Part shown: positions 16,670 to 25,754 of the stretch, one piece after another
How positions within the stretch are numbered: the first letter of the stretch is position 1
Layout: every line of letters starts with the position of its first letter
Assembly: GCF_018336915.1 (NCBI RefSeq)
Contig: NZ_CP064923.1
Span: 2,880,001 to 2,912,000 of the forward strand
Direction of reading: 5' to 3'
Length of the DNA: 32,000 bases
DNA from: Acaryochloris marina S15
GTDB lineage: Bacteria; Cyanobacteriota; Cyanobacteriia; Thermosynechococcales; Thermosynechococcaceae
The notes under the pieces: generated by a model
Told to the model about the DNA's origin: nothing
Database searches by the model: none
Seen by the model: the letters and a program-made list of their open reading frames with translations, nothing else
Translations under genes and position numbers: made by a program

Positions 16670-19600
16670 TTACTGCCTGACTTTCTCTACTGAGGGCGAT
16701 CTAGATACATTTAAATCAATATAACCCTGGAGGACTTGAACAATGGCATGTACGTGTGGCTCTTGTAACATGCCATTGTGATCACCGGGCATCTGGATGG
16801 TTTCTAGACTATCCGTAATCTTTTCCCACTGTTGCGGTAACCAATTAGAATCTTTGTACTTAGCAGCTTCTTCTAAAGCATGAAATAGAAGAACTTTGCT
16901 AGAGAGAAATTGAGGGTAGTAGGGCTTAAATAATCGGCTTTCTCTCCAGTAAAAATTAGGTGTATATCTACCGTTATGTTGAATATAGAATTGCAGTTGT
17001 CTCCATCGATAGGAAATTAAGTTTTGAATGCCAGATATGCTCTTGGTTAAATATTTGAATAATCCTTGGTGCTTATCTTTCAAGGGAGGTCTAGGCCATA
17101 ATGATGAGTCAAAAATAGCTAGAAGGGCAACTTTCTCGCCCTGTTGTAGGAGTTGTTGAGCCATCTCAAATGCAATAGTCCCACCCAGCGATGATCCCAT
17201 TAAGTAGTATGGGCCAGTTGGTTGAAGGCGACGCATTTCCTGAATATAATGAGCAGCTATTAGTTCAATTCGTTGCGGTATGTCTGAAACACTTTGTGTG
17301 GTTTGTGAAGCGATCCCGTATCGAAGTGCATAGATAGGTTGATCAGGGTCAAAGTGGCTGGTTAAGGGTCTAAGGATAAAATGCACGCAAAAGAGTGGAG
17401 GTCGGCTACCTTTGGGCTGAATTGGTATTAGAGAACGCCAATTTGACCGGGTTCGTTCCTGTTGTAAGAGAGTTGCCAACTCTTGGATCGTTGGAGCCTG
17501 AAAGAATGAAGAGAGTGGCACAATTTTCTCTAACTGCTGTTCGATAGCAATTGCTAAGCTCATCGCTAATAGGGAATTGCCACCCAGCTCAAAGAAATTA
17601 TCTGTTATCCCCACGTCTTGAACCTTCAGAACTTGCTCCCAAATTTTTTTTAGCTGATGTTCTAACGGTGTTTGAGCAACAATCTTGACGTCTTCACAAG
17701 CGGAAGTAAGGTTGCTAGGAAATGGCAGAATGTCTATATCTACTTCACCCTGTGGTGTAAGAGGTAATGCCTCGATTACTACAAAGCTAGAAGGAATGAG
17801 ATGACTAGGCAGGTGTTTTTTGAGGAAGCAATATATATCTTTTGAGGTGAGGCTATGGTCAGTCGCAACCACATAAGCGACGAGCGAGGGTTGGTTTTCA
17901 ATGGGATCGGTTAAGCCCACTGCCTTACCTTCTTTTACCTGTGGGTGTTGTGTTAAAACTGTTTCTATCTCCTGTAAACAGATACTTTGCCCCAAAAGCT
18001 GGCCAGAATCGCCACTCCCCATTTTTACGATCGAGCCATCTGATAAGCATTTTGCCCGCTCACCCGTGAAAAATAAGTATTCTGGTTGTTCGGAATCGTA
18101 GTTCTTCAATGGGTTGGGGATACAGTGATGGCTATCTAAACACGGTAGGTTCAAATAGCCTTTTGCAACCCTAGCGCCCCCAAGGTATAGATTGCCTTCC
18201 ACACCACAAGGAACCAGTTGTTGATTCTGGTCAAAAATATAAGTGTCAATGTTGGCTAGAGGTGATCCAATTTGGCGCTCATATAGGGATAAAAAAGACG
18301 AATGGATGGGTTGCCAACAGACAAAGCCACTGGTTTCGGGTGTACTATAGATTTTCCACAGACAGCACGATGGTAGGGTTTGTAAAAACTGTTTGATGAA
18401 ATATGGTGAGATCCGATCGCTATTGATTAGGCATTGTCGAACAGACTTTAACTGTTTACATTGATGTTCGACGAGATTATTAAACAATCTCATAGGCAAG
18501 ACAAGGGTTGTGACTTGATGCTGCTCAATAAACTTTCCTAGATCTGTCAAACTCTGATGAGCTGATGGCAGAATGATTTGGCCACCATTAACGAGGGCTG
18601 CATACAGTTCAAAGAGTGCCACTTCAGACATTGGAGATGCCCATTGAAGCAAGCGATCTGAAGAGGATAGGTTCAGCTCTCTTGAATCCTGAACAAGCAA
18701 GATTATCCCCGCATGGGTAATTTTGACGCCAACATTGTCGTCAAAAAGCACACAAGCGATATCCTTCTGGCAAGAGGTAAAGGCGGGGATATTGTTGTGG
18801 CTTTGAGTACCTATCTTCTCTTGAAGAGAATTCAGGCAGATAATTTTGCTGATAGGGGTTTCTAGCTGTTCTGCAAGGTTCTGCGTTGTGACGATTATTT
18901 CGACTTTCGCTGTCGTTAGGATGCTATCAAGATCACACTTAGAGAGTTTATCCTCGATGGGGATATAGGTCCCTCCAACTTTGAGAATAGCAAGCTGAGC
19001 CAACACCATCTCTGGTGATCTTTCTAGGTAAATCGCCACGGGAGCTGAGGTAATATCTCCAACAGATAACAGGAAATGGGCCAATTGGTTCGCTCGTTGA
19101 TTGAGATCTTGATAGGTCCATTGTTGATTTGGTGCTGTCAGTGCGATCGCATCTGGTTGACGATTAACCTGAGCTTCGAAAAGCTGATGAACGCAAACTG
19201 ATGTAGACTCAGCCTTTACCAATGACTGAGTTGATAAAAGGACTTGACGCTCACCTTCCGTCAAAAGGGGCAACATTGAAATGGGTTGATCTGGATTTTG
19301 CACAATCCCCTGCAATAGGGTATGAAAATGTTCCACCATCCGCTCAATGGTTTCTTTCGTAAAAATATCCGCATTGTAATCAAACACCATTCCTAGACCT
19401 TCATCCTGCTCGCGCATCACCAGAGTCAGGTCATACTTAGTTTCGCCATGATAGATATAGCCAAATAAAGAAGTGATAGTTAGATCGGGTAGATGAACAG
19501 CGGCCATTCCCCGGCCCTTGGACCAGGGCGGATTTAAGGCAAATTTCACCTGAAATAAAGCCTCTTGCGTTTGCTGATCTGTGGAGATTTCTTCTATCAC

Positions 19601-20812
19601 CTTGGCAAAGGGAATATCTTGATGGGCAAATGCTGCTAAGGAAGATTGCTTAACCCGTAATAAAAACTCCCGGAACGTCGGATTATCAGACAAATCTGCT
19701 TTGAACAAAAGCGTATTGGAGAAAAAGCCGACTAATCTTTCGGTTTCTACATTGCCTCGTCCAGCACTGGCAACATTAATCAGAAACTGCTCTTGGCTAG
19801 AGTAGCGATAGAGCAATGTTTCGAAGGCTGAAAGCAAAATCATAAACTGGGTCGCTCCCACCTGCTGGCCTAATTTCAAAACGGCTTGATTTAAGGTCCA
19901 GGGCAACATTTTTGCAGCTCGATCTCCCCTGTAGGCCCGCTTTGCTTTGGGTCGAGGAGCGTCAAAAGGTAACTTTAAAGCAGGAAACTTCCCTTCTAGA
20001 ATCTCTTTCCAGTAACTTAACTGCGTCTCCAACGCCTCTCCCTGTAACCATTGTCGCTGCCAATCGGCAAAGTCAAGATATTGGACGGGAAGCTCGGGTA
20101 GAGACAAGGGCTGGCCAGCCTTGAAGGCCTGATAGGTTTGGGTTAAGTCCTGATAAAACACATCTGAAGAAGCACCATCGCAAATGATGCAATGCATGTT
20201 CCAAATGCATAAGAACTGTTGCTCCTGCAGCTTAAATAACTGACAGCGAAATAGGGGGCCATTGATTAAATCAAAGGGTTGCCGAGCTTCTTGAGTGGCT
20301 AGACGGTAGGCTTCAGCATCTCTATCCTTCTCAGGCAGATGCAGTAAATCGACCATAGATAAAGTGACTTGCAAGTCCTCAACCTTAACCGTGGGTTGCC
20401 CCCCATCCAGTGGAAAACTCGTTCTCAGCACCTCGTGACGTTGTACGACAGTCTGAATACTACGCTGCAGCACCTCAATATCCAGTAATCCATCAAATTT
20501 GACCACCACTGGCATATTGCTGGCCGTATTGTCAGGGTCTAGTTGCTGGATAAACCACAGTCTTTGTTGCGCAAATGAGAGGGGTAACGATTGTTGACGA
20601 TCAACTTTCTCTAATGCAGGTAACTGAGTTTGATGTTGGGCATTCGCGTGTTGCAAAAAGCCAATGATTTCACTTTTTCGAGCTTTAATCTGCGCTAATA
20701 ATGCTTCGGGCAGTGCGTTTTTGGGGGCTCGATACCGAAGGCGATCCTCTTCCACCCACAGACAAATATTCCTTAAGCGAATCTCATCTAGCAATTCGAC
20801 AATAGAGGTCAT
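16670..20812 (-). CDS. terminal NRPS module: TubC-like N-terminal docking domain, C, A-like (degenerate motifs), PCP, TE
   Basis: Docking: IVELLDEIRLRNICLWVEEDRLRYRAPKNALPEALLAQIKARKSEII. C domain: SFAQQRLWF...MHCIICDG. The A domain keeps A1/A2/A6 (WTYQDLNQRANQLA, LKVGGTYIPIE, GNLYLGGARVAKGYL), but A3/A5/A7/A8/A10 are non-canonical. PCP: FFELGGNSLLA. TE: YLMGSSLGG...GDHNGM. The ATG overlaps the upstream stop as ATGA. Confidence 0.95.
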   Translation of the reverse strand: MTSIVELLDEIRLRNICLWVEEDRLRYRAPKNALPEALLAQIKARKSEIIGFLQHANAQHQTQLPALEKVDRQQSLPLSFAQQRLWFIQQLDPDNTASNMPVVVKFDGLLDIEVLQRSIQTVVQRHEVLRTSFPLDGGQPTVKVEDLQVTLSMVDLLHLPEKDRDAEAYRLATQEARQPFDLINGPLFRCQLFKLQEQQFLCIWNMHCIICDGASSDVFYQDLTQTYQAFKAGQPLSLPELPVQYLDFADWQRQWLQGEALETQLSYWKEILEGKFPALKLPFDAPRPKAKRAYRGDRAAKMLPWTLNQAVLKLGQQVGATQFMILLSAFETLLYRYSSQEQFLINVASAGRGNVETERLVGFFSNTLLFKADLSDNPTFREFLLRVKQSSLAAFAHQDIPFAKVIEEISTDQQTQEALFQVKFALNPPWSKGRGMAAVHLPDLTITSLFGYIYHGETKYDLTLVMREQDEGLGMVFDYNADIFTKETIERMVEHFHTLLQGIVQNPDQPISMLPLLTEGERQVLLSTQSLVKAESTSVCVHQLFEAQVNRQPDAIALTAPNQQWTYQDLNQRANQLAHFLLSVGDITSAPVAIYLERSPEMVLAQLAILKVGGTYIPIEDKLSKCDLDSILTTAKVEIIVTTQNLAEQLETPISKIICLNSLQEKIGTQSHNNIPAFTSCQKDIACVLFDDNVGVKITHAGIILLVQDSRELNLSSSDRLLQWASPMSEVALFELYAALVNGGQIILPSAHQSLTDLGKFIEQHQVTTLVLPMRLFNNLVEHQCKQLKSVRQCLINSDRISPYFIKQFLQTLPSCCLWKIYSTPETSGFVCWQPIHSSFLSLYERQIGSPLANIDTYIFDQNQQLVPCGVEGNLYLGGARVAKGYLNLPCLDSHHCIPNPLKNYDSEQPEYLFFTGERAKCLSDGSIVKMGSGDSGQLLGQSICLQEIETVLTQHPQVKEGKAVGLTDPIENQPSLVAYVVATDHSLTSKDIYCFLKKHLPSHLIPSSFVVIEALPLTPQGEVDIDILPFPSNLTSACEDVKIVAQTPLEHQLKKIWEQVLKVQDVGITDNFFELGGNSLLAMSLAIAIEQQLEKIVPLSSFFQAPTIQELATLLQQERTRSNWRSLIPIQPKGSRPPLFCVHFILRPLTSHFDPDQPIYALRYGIASQTTQSVSDIPQRIELIAAHYIQEMRRLQPTGPYYLMGSSLGGTIAFEMAQQLLQQGEKVALLAIFDSSLWPRPPLKDKHQGLFKYLTKSISGIQNLISYRWRQLQFYIQHNGRYTPNFYWRESRLFKPYYPQFLSSKVLLFHALEEAAKYKDSNWLPQQWEKITDSLETIQMPGDHNGMLQEPHVHAIVQVLQGYIDLNVSRSPSVEKVRQ
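17723..19195 (-). other. adenylation-like domain with degenerate core motifs (approx. aa 540-1030)
   Basis: See the finding. A3 is replaced by IACVLFDDNVGVKITH. The A10 Lys position is Glu (GAA, 17744-17746). Confidence 0.7.
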
Positions 20813-23800
20813 AGCTCACCTTCCTCAAAACCATCATGATTATCATCTGTATCCTGTTCAGGCTGGCCATGAATGGACCAACGAAGAACTTCCACCCTTT
20901 GAGCCAACTCGGCGATGGTGGGAGACTCAAATAAGTGAGGCAGTAAAATCTCAATATTTAAGGCTTGTCTCAGCCGTGACACAATTTGGACGGCCAATAA
21001 GGAGTACCCCCCTAAGTCGAAGAAGTTGTCATAAATGCCAATTTTTTCTTGTTTGAAAATTTCAGCCCAGACTTGCATAATTTGCTCTTCCAGAGAATTG
21101 CGGGGGGCGACATAATTAGCCGCCAGCATTTGGGATGTATCTGGTTTTGGAAGGGCCTTGCGATCTATCTTGCCACTGGAGGTAAGGGGAAAAGTTTCCA
21201 GGGGCATGAAATGATTGGGAACCATAAAGTCAGGCACCCGCGACTTTAAGAACTGGCGAATGTCAGTTACCCAAGTGGCAATGCCTTGAGTTTGGGCATC
21301 CTGACCAACAAAATATCCGACCAATATTCGCTCACCTGGAGTATCTTCACGAACAAGGACTACTGCTTCCTTGACTGTAGGAAATTGACGCAAATTTGCC
21401 TCAATTTCACCAATTTCAATTCTAAATCCTCGGATTTTAATTTGATGATCAATGCGTCCTAACCATTCAATATTGCCATCCGGTAGAAGACGCACCCAAT
21501 CCCCCGTTTTATACATTCGTTGACCTTGCTCGGCTCCTGCTTCAGGCCAGTCACAAAATTTTTCTGCTGTTAAGCTAGAGCGGTTCAAGTATCCTCGCCC
21601 TAATCCTGCCCCTACCAAGCACAATTCACCGGGAACCCCACGCGGTACAGGTTGTGAGTGAGCATCTAAAATACAAACGCCAGTATTAAGCAGCGGACGT
21701 CCAATGGGGACGGTTATCGTATCAGAATTTGTTGTTGATAGCGGGTAAACCGTAGAGTAGATCGTGGCTTCAGTGGGGCCATAACCATTCCAGACCCCAC
21801 GACTTCTTTGATTCAGTGCCTGGGCTAGTTCATGGGACATTGCTTCTCCGCCACTGAGAATTTTGAGATGTTGATTCCCCTGCCAACCCACAGTTAATAA
21901 CATTTGCCAGGTAGCTGGTGTAGCTTGCATAAAGGTGGCATCAGTGTTTGTCAGCAGAAAAAGCAGCCGATTTCCATCCTGAGCCACCTCCCGACTGGCA
22001 ATCACCACTTTTCCGCCCTTAATTAACGGTAAAAATATCTCCAAGACAGAAATGTCAAATGAGATGGGAGTGACTGCAAGACATATATCACTGGAGCTAT
22101 AGTATAATTCTTGCCCCATTGCTTGCAGTAAATTGACGACATTACAATGAGCAATCATGACGCCCTTAGGTTTCCCCGTTGAACCAGAGGTATAGAGGAC
22201 GTAAGCCATATTGGCTGTGTTAGCCGTATTTTGAACCGGTGCTGTAGGTTCTGACTCAATCTGTGATTTATTTTGATCCAGATAAATGACTGACGCTGCA
22301 CAGTCGGGAATATGAGTTTCTAAAGACGTTTCTGAAATGAGTAGTGAAAGTTGAGAGTCTTCTAAGATCAGAGCGAGCCGATGAGGAGGATTGCCTGGAT
22401 CCAAAGGCACATAAGCACCACCTGCCTTCAAAATGGCAAGCATAGCGACAACCATGTTGAGTGACCGCTCAAGACAAAGACCTACTAAGCAATCTGGGCC
22501 AACACCTTGTTTTCTTAAAAAATGAGCCAGCTGGTTGGCTTGATGATCTAATGCTTGATAAGTCAGTTGAGTATCTTCAAAGATCACTGCTACGGTATTT
22601 GGAGCCTTAGTCGTTTGAGTTTCGACTAACTGGTGTAAACAAAGACTGTCAAGCCCAGGGGTTTGAGTAGGATTGAATTGAGCGAGCCATTGACGTTCAG
22701 ATTCTGGCAGCAAAGATAAAGTCGAGATCGGTTGGGCTGGATTCGTGATGATACTCCGTAGTATCGTTTCAAACTCTGCTAAACGACGTTGAATCGTTTC
22801 CCGATCAAATAAATTGGTATTGTACTGGCACTCTAGGGTAACTGCTCCTTTGAGTTCAGTTGCATTGATAAATAGCTCAAAATTTTCATAAGATCGCGGA
22901 TTTGACTTAGATGTCACCTCTAAATCAGCAAACGATAGTTGTTCACTATCTAAGCCTTGATCGATATTGAAAATAATGGGCACGAGCGGAATACGGCTCG
23001 GATCCCGATCCATTTTCAAAGCTTGCACTAAGGTGCCAAAGGTGAATTGTTGGTGATCGTAGGCATCCAATACCGTTGATTTGCGATGGTTAAAATACTC
23101 TTGGAAAGAGTGCTGGGAATGAACTTGAGATCGCAGGGGTAGCAAGTTGACACAATGACCAACCAAGTTGAACTCCCCTGTTGCGGCTTGGCCAGCAGCC
23201 GGCACTCCAACAGTGATATCGGATTGGCCAGTAATGCGAGCAAGATAAATTTCAAAACCAGACAGCAGAGTCGTCATAAAACTACCACCCAATTCGGTCC
23301 CCAAGTGTTTGAGTCGAGTTGTGAGATCGGGAGACAGTTGCCAATCTACCCGAGCAGAATCAAAGGTTCTCAAGGCGGGACGTGGTCGATCAGTAGGAAA
23401 GTCCAACGTGGGAACAGACTCACCATATTGGTTTAGCCAATAATCAAAATCCTCTTTGGCTGCTGATGTTTCTTTAGCATCGTCTAAAGCGATGGCATAG
23501 TCGCTAAAAGCATTAGGTGGATTGAGCTGAGGCACCTTCCCCCGCTTGAAATCGGTATAAAGTTTCGCTAAATCCGAGATCATTAGTGCAATCGACCAGC
23601 CATCACAGATGATGTGATGAACAGTCAAAAGAAGCACATGATCTTGGTCAGTTAATTTGATCAATTGGCCCCTTATAAGGGGGCCATGTTCTAGATCAAA
23701 AGTCGTTCTGACAGCCTGCTGGCTACAGTTAGTAATTTGCTGGGTTTGAACTTCATGATCGAGGTGGGACAGGTCAGTAATCGCGATATCCAACGCTAGT

Positions 23801-24093
23801 TCTCTAGCAATGCATAGGGTCGAACCATCCGGGCTACACGTCGCTCTAAGGATCTCGTGGCGAGCGATTAATGCCTGTAAGGCCTGCAAAATCGCATTTT
23901 CACTCAGTCCCCCCTTTAGTTCCAAAGATTGGGATTCGTTATAGGAACAGTTAGCAGCAGATCCCATTTGTACAGAAGCCCAAATCTCTTTTTGAGAAGC
24001 TGTTAATGGAACTGTAGATGAGAGTTCTCCCCCTGCAAACGGGTCAAAGTCTACAGGAAGTGATGTCACTAGGGGTTGAGATAAAAAACTCAT
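20809..24093 (-). CDS. NRPS elongation module C-A-PCP with acidic C-terminal docking tail
   Basis: C domain: VDFDPFAGGE...VHHIICDGWS. A domain: LTYQALDHQANQLA, LKAGGAYVPLD, MAYVLYTSGSTGKPKGV, FDISV, NGYGPTE, GELCLVGAGLGRGYL, YKTGD, GRIDHQIKIRGFRIEIGEIE, LTSSGKIDR. PCP: FFDLGGYSLLA. Tail: EQDTDDNHDGFEEGEL. Confidence 0.95.
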   Translation of the reverse strand: MSFLSQPLVTSLPVDFDPFAGGELSSTVPLTASQKEIWASVQMGSAANCSYNESQSLELKGGLSENAILQALQALIARHEILRATCSPDGSTLCIARELALDIAITDLSHLDHEVQTQQITNCSQQAVRTTFDLEHGPLIRGQLIKLTDQDHVLLLTVHHIICDGWSIALMISDLAKLYTDFKRGKVPQLNPPNAFSDYAIALDDAKETSAAKEDFDYWLNQYGESVPTLDFPTDRPRPALRTFDSARVDWQLSPDLTTRLKHLGTELGGSFMTTLLSGFEIYLARITGQSDITVGVPAAGQAATGEFNLVGHCVNLLPLRSQVHSQHSFQEYFNHRKSTVLDAYDHQQFTFGTLVQALKMDRDPSRIPLVPIIFNIDQGLDSEQLSFADLEVTSKSNPRSYENFELFINATELKGAVTLECQYNTNLFDRETIQRRLAEFETILRSIITNPAQPISTLSLLPESERQWLAQFNPTQTPGLDSLCLHQLVETQTTKAPNTVAVIFEDTQLTYQALDHQANQLAHFLRKQGVGPDCLVGLCLERSLNMVVAMLAILKAGGAYVPLDPGNPPHRLALILEDSQLSLLISETSLETHIPDCAASVIYLDQNKSQIESEPTAPVQNTANTANMAYVLYTSGSTGKPKGVMIAHCNVVNLLQAMGQELYYSSSDICLAVTPISFDISVLEIFLPLIKGGKVVIASREVAQDGNRLLFLLTNTDATFMQATPATWQMLLTVGWQGNQHLKILSGGEAMSHELAQALNQRSRGVWNGYGPTEATIYSTVYPLSTTNSDTITVPIGRPLLNTGVCILDAHSQPVPRGVPGELCLVGAGLGRGYLNRSSLTAEKFCDWPEAGAEQGQRMYKTGDWVRLLPDGNIEWLGRIDHQIKIRGFRIEIGEIEANLRQFPTVKEAVVLVREDTPGERILVGYFVGQDAQTQGIATWVTDIRQFLKSRVPDFMVPNHFMPLETFPLTSSGKIDRKALPKPDTSQMLAANYVAPRNSLEEQIMQVWAEIFKQEKIGIYDNFFDLGGYSLLAVQIVSRLRQALNIEILLPHLFESPTIAELAQRVEVLRWSIHGQPEQDTDDNHDGFEEGEL

Positions 24094-24159
24094 AGCAAAA
24101 AGGCCTAAATTAAACAGGTTTTATTATGTTGATTTCTAATTAGTTGGGTGAATGGGTAA

Positions 24160-25326
24160 TTATGTAGATGGACAATAGATAAACTTGCGAGCAAAGTAAC
24201 TGGTTTTCAGCCATCTTCGACTGGGTTTCTCAATCAAGAAGTAGAGCAGAGAAGAAAGTCCTAAAACAATCAGCACTTCTACTCCCAGAAGTATCGAAAA
24301 GGAACTGAATTTCATCTCCTGTGGGAAAGTTTGATTAAAAGTTGCCTGCCAAGAGAACTTGATTACATCTTGCACCAGCCAATGACTCATATAGATGGAG
24401 TAAGAGATAGTTCCCAGGAACAGCAAGAACCTCGATGATAGTAAGTCAGTAATCGAATTTCTTTTACCACTGACAGAAAGAATCAAAAGGCTAAATATTG
24501 GAACGATCAGAATTATCTTCAAGCCAGTATGCATAATGATCATTGCAAGTAAGAATGAAGTGATCGAAACCGAGCTATGACTAAAAAACCGACGAGCTTT
24601 TGGATCTTCGAAAAACTGATAAGTAATAATTCCTACTACACCTTCACTAAAGAATCTGATGATTACAGGTATACCTGAATGGTTGATTTTGCCGAAATGA
24701 ATAACTAGAGAAATAGCTAAAAGAGAAAAGATATAAATAACAAGATTGGTCTTTCTGCTTCTTTGAAATAACAAAAAAATTACAAAAGGGAGTACTAAAT
24801 AAATCAGGCATTGGGTGCTAATTGACCAAGCAGGCTGATTCCAAAAAGTCTTAATGTCAAATAGTGGGGATCTTGTATAATCAAATCCTTGCAACATCAA
24901 TAGGCTCATAAAAAGAGACACAATATCCTTTCGCCCAGAAAATGGATGTTGAAAAATGGATAAATACTGTGGCTTTATAGTTAAAATAAATTGATAATGT
25001 ATTAGTTTAAATATTTCAAATATAAAGTAAGAGAATAATAATATAAAATGTAACGGATAAAGATGAGTGGATCTTGAAAAAATAAATTTTTTATAGTCTT
25101 TCCACTGAATATTGTTTCGAAGGAAAGACTTATAAATATGGGTCATTAAAAAGCCACTGAGAATAAAGAAGAAATCAACCCATAGATAACTGTTATCAAT
25201 GAGTTGTGTTTGGGTTTGGAGTGCTTTCCCCCATGTTGGTGCTAAGGCAATTGGGAAATGATGAATGACGATCATCAAAGCTGCAATTCCTCTAAGACCA
25301 GTTAATGGCTTTATCTGTTGACTCAT
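24160..25326 (-). CDS. integral-membrane acyltransferase family 3 (OafA/Lag1-like O-acyltransferase)
   Basis: The N-terminus KPLTGLRGIAALMIVIHHF is the family-3 signature. There are about 10 predicted hydrophobic helices. The gene is AT-rich. Confidence 0.85.
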   Translation of the reverse strand: MSQQIKPLTGLRGIAALMIVIHHFPIALAPTWGKALQTQTQLIDNSYLWVDFFFILSGFLMTHIYKSFLRNNIQWKDYKKFIFSRSTHLYPLHFILLFSYFIFEIFKLIHYQFILTIKPQYLSIFQHPFSGRKDIVSLFMSLLMLQGFDYTRSPLFDIKTFWNQPAWSISTQCLIYLVLPFVIFLLFQRSRKTNLVIYIFSLLAISLVIHFGKINHSGIPVIIRFFSEGVVGIITYQFFEDPKARRFFSHSSVSITSFLLAMIIMHTGLKIILIVPIFSLLILSVSGKRNSITDLLSSRFLLFLGTISYSIYMSHWLVQDVIKFSWQATFNQTFPQEMKFSSFSILLGVEVLIVLGLSSLLYFLIEKPSRRWLKTSYFARKFIYCPST

Positions 25327-25400
25327 TAGGTAATATCAAATATAACTAGCCAATTTTGTTAATTGTGCAATGTTGGATAGTGGCAAACTGACCTAATATT

Positions 25401-25596
25401 TAGGGCTTGCTGAAAAAGTCAAAAGTGCTGATATATGGTTTTTATAGTCTGTGAAAACATTTTTATGTGCAAGGTTAATTAACAATTTTGCGAGGTTTTG
25501 AGCAATTTCACCTTGCACTAAATTGTCCGTATAACTTGAAAAAATCACGTAAATATAAGGGTTTTAAGCTGTTGCAGACTTTTTCAGTAAGCCCTA
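25401..25596. repeat. nested inverted repeat in the methyltransferase-acyltransferase spacer
   Basis: Outer arms tagggcttgctgaaaaagtc (25401-25420) and gactttttcagtaagcccta (25577-25596) are complementary at 19 of 20 positions. Inner arms gtgcaaggt (25467-25475) and accttgcac (25510-25518) match at 9 of 9. The palindrome ttaattaa lies next to the inner left arm. Confidence 0.65.
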
Positions 25597-25754
25597 TTTA
25601 TAAGTGCATAAGTAATTTAATTTTAACATATAAAATAAAGTAAAGCCTAAGTTGTTAATTGCTAGATATGGGATTTGCTAACCATCTGTCAAGGATTAAG
25701 AATTCAAGAGACATAAGCGTCAAAAATTAAGTTCTTATAGTAAATAAAAGAGCA

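Noticed and set aside
16670-20812. Calling the terminal NRPS gene a pseudogene
   Set aside because: The motif losses are real by eye. However, the frame is open for 1380 codons, and the docking domain, PCP serine and TE Ser/His are intact. I report it as a CDS with non-canonical motifs rather than a pseudogene.
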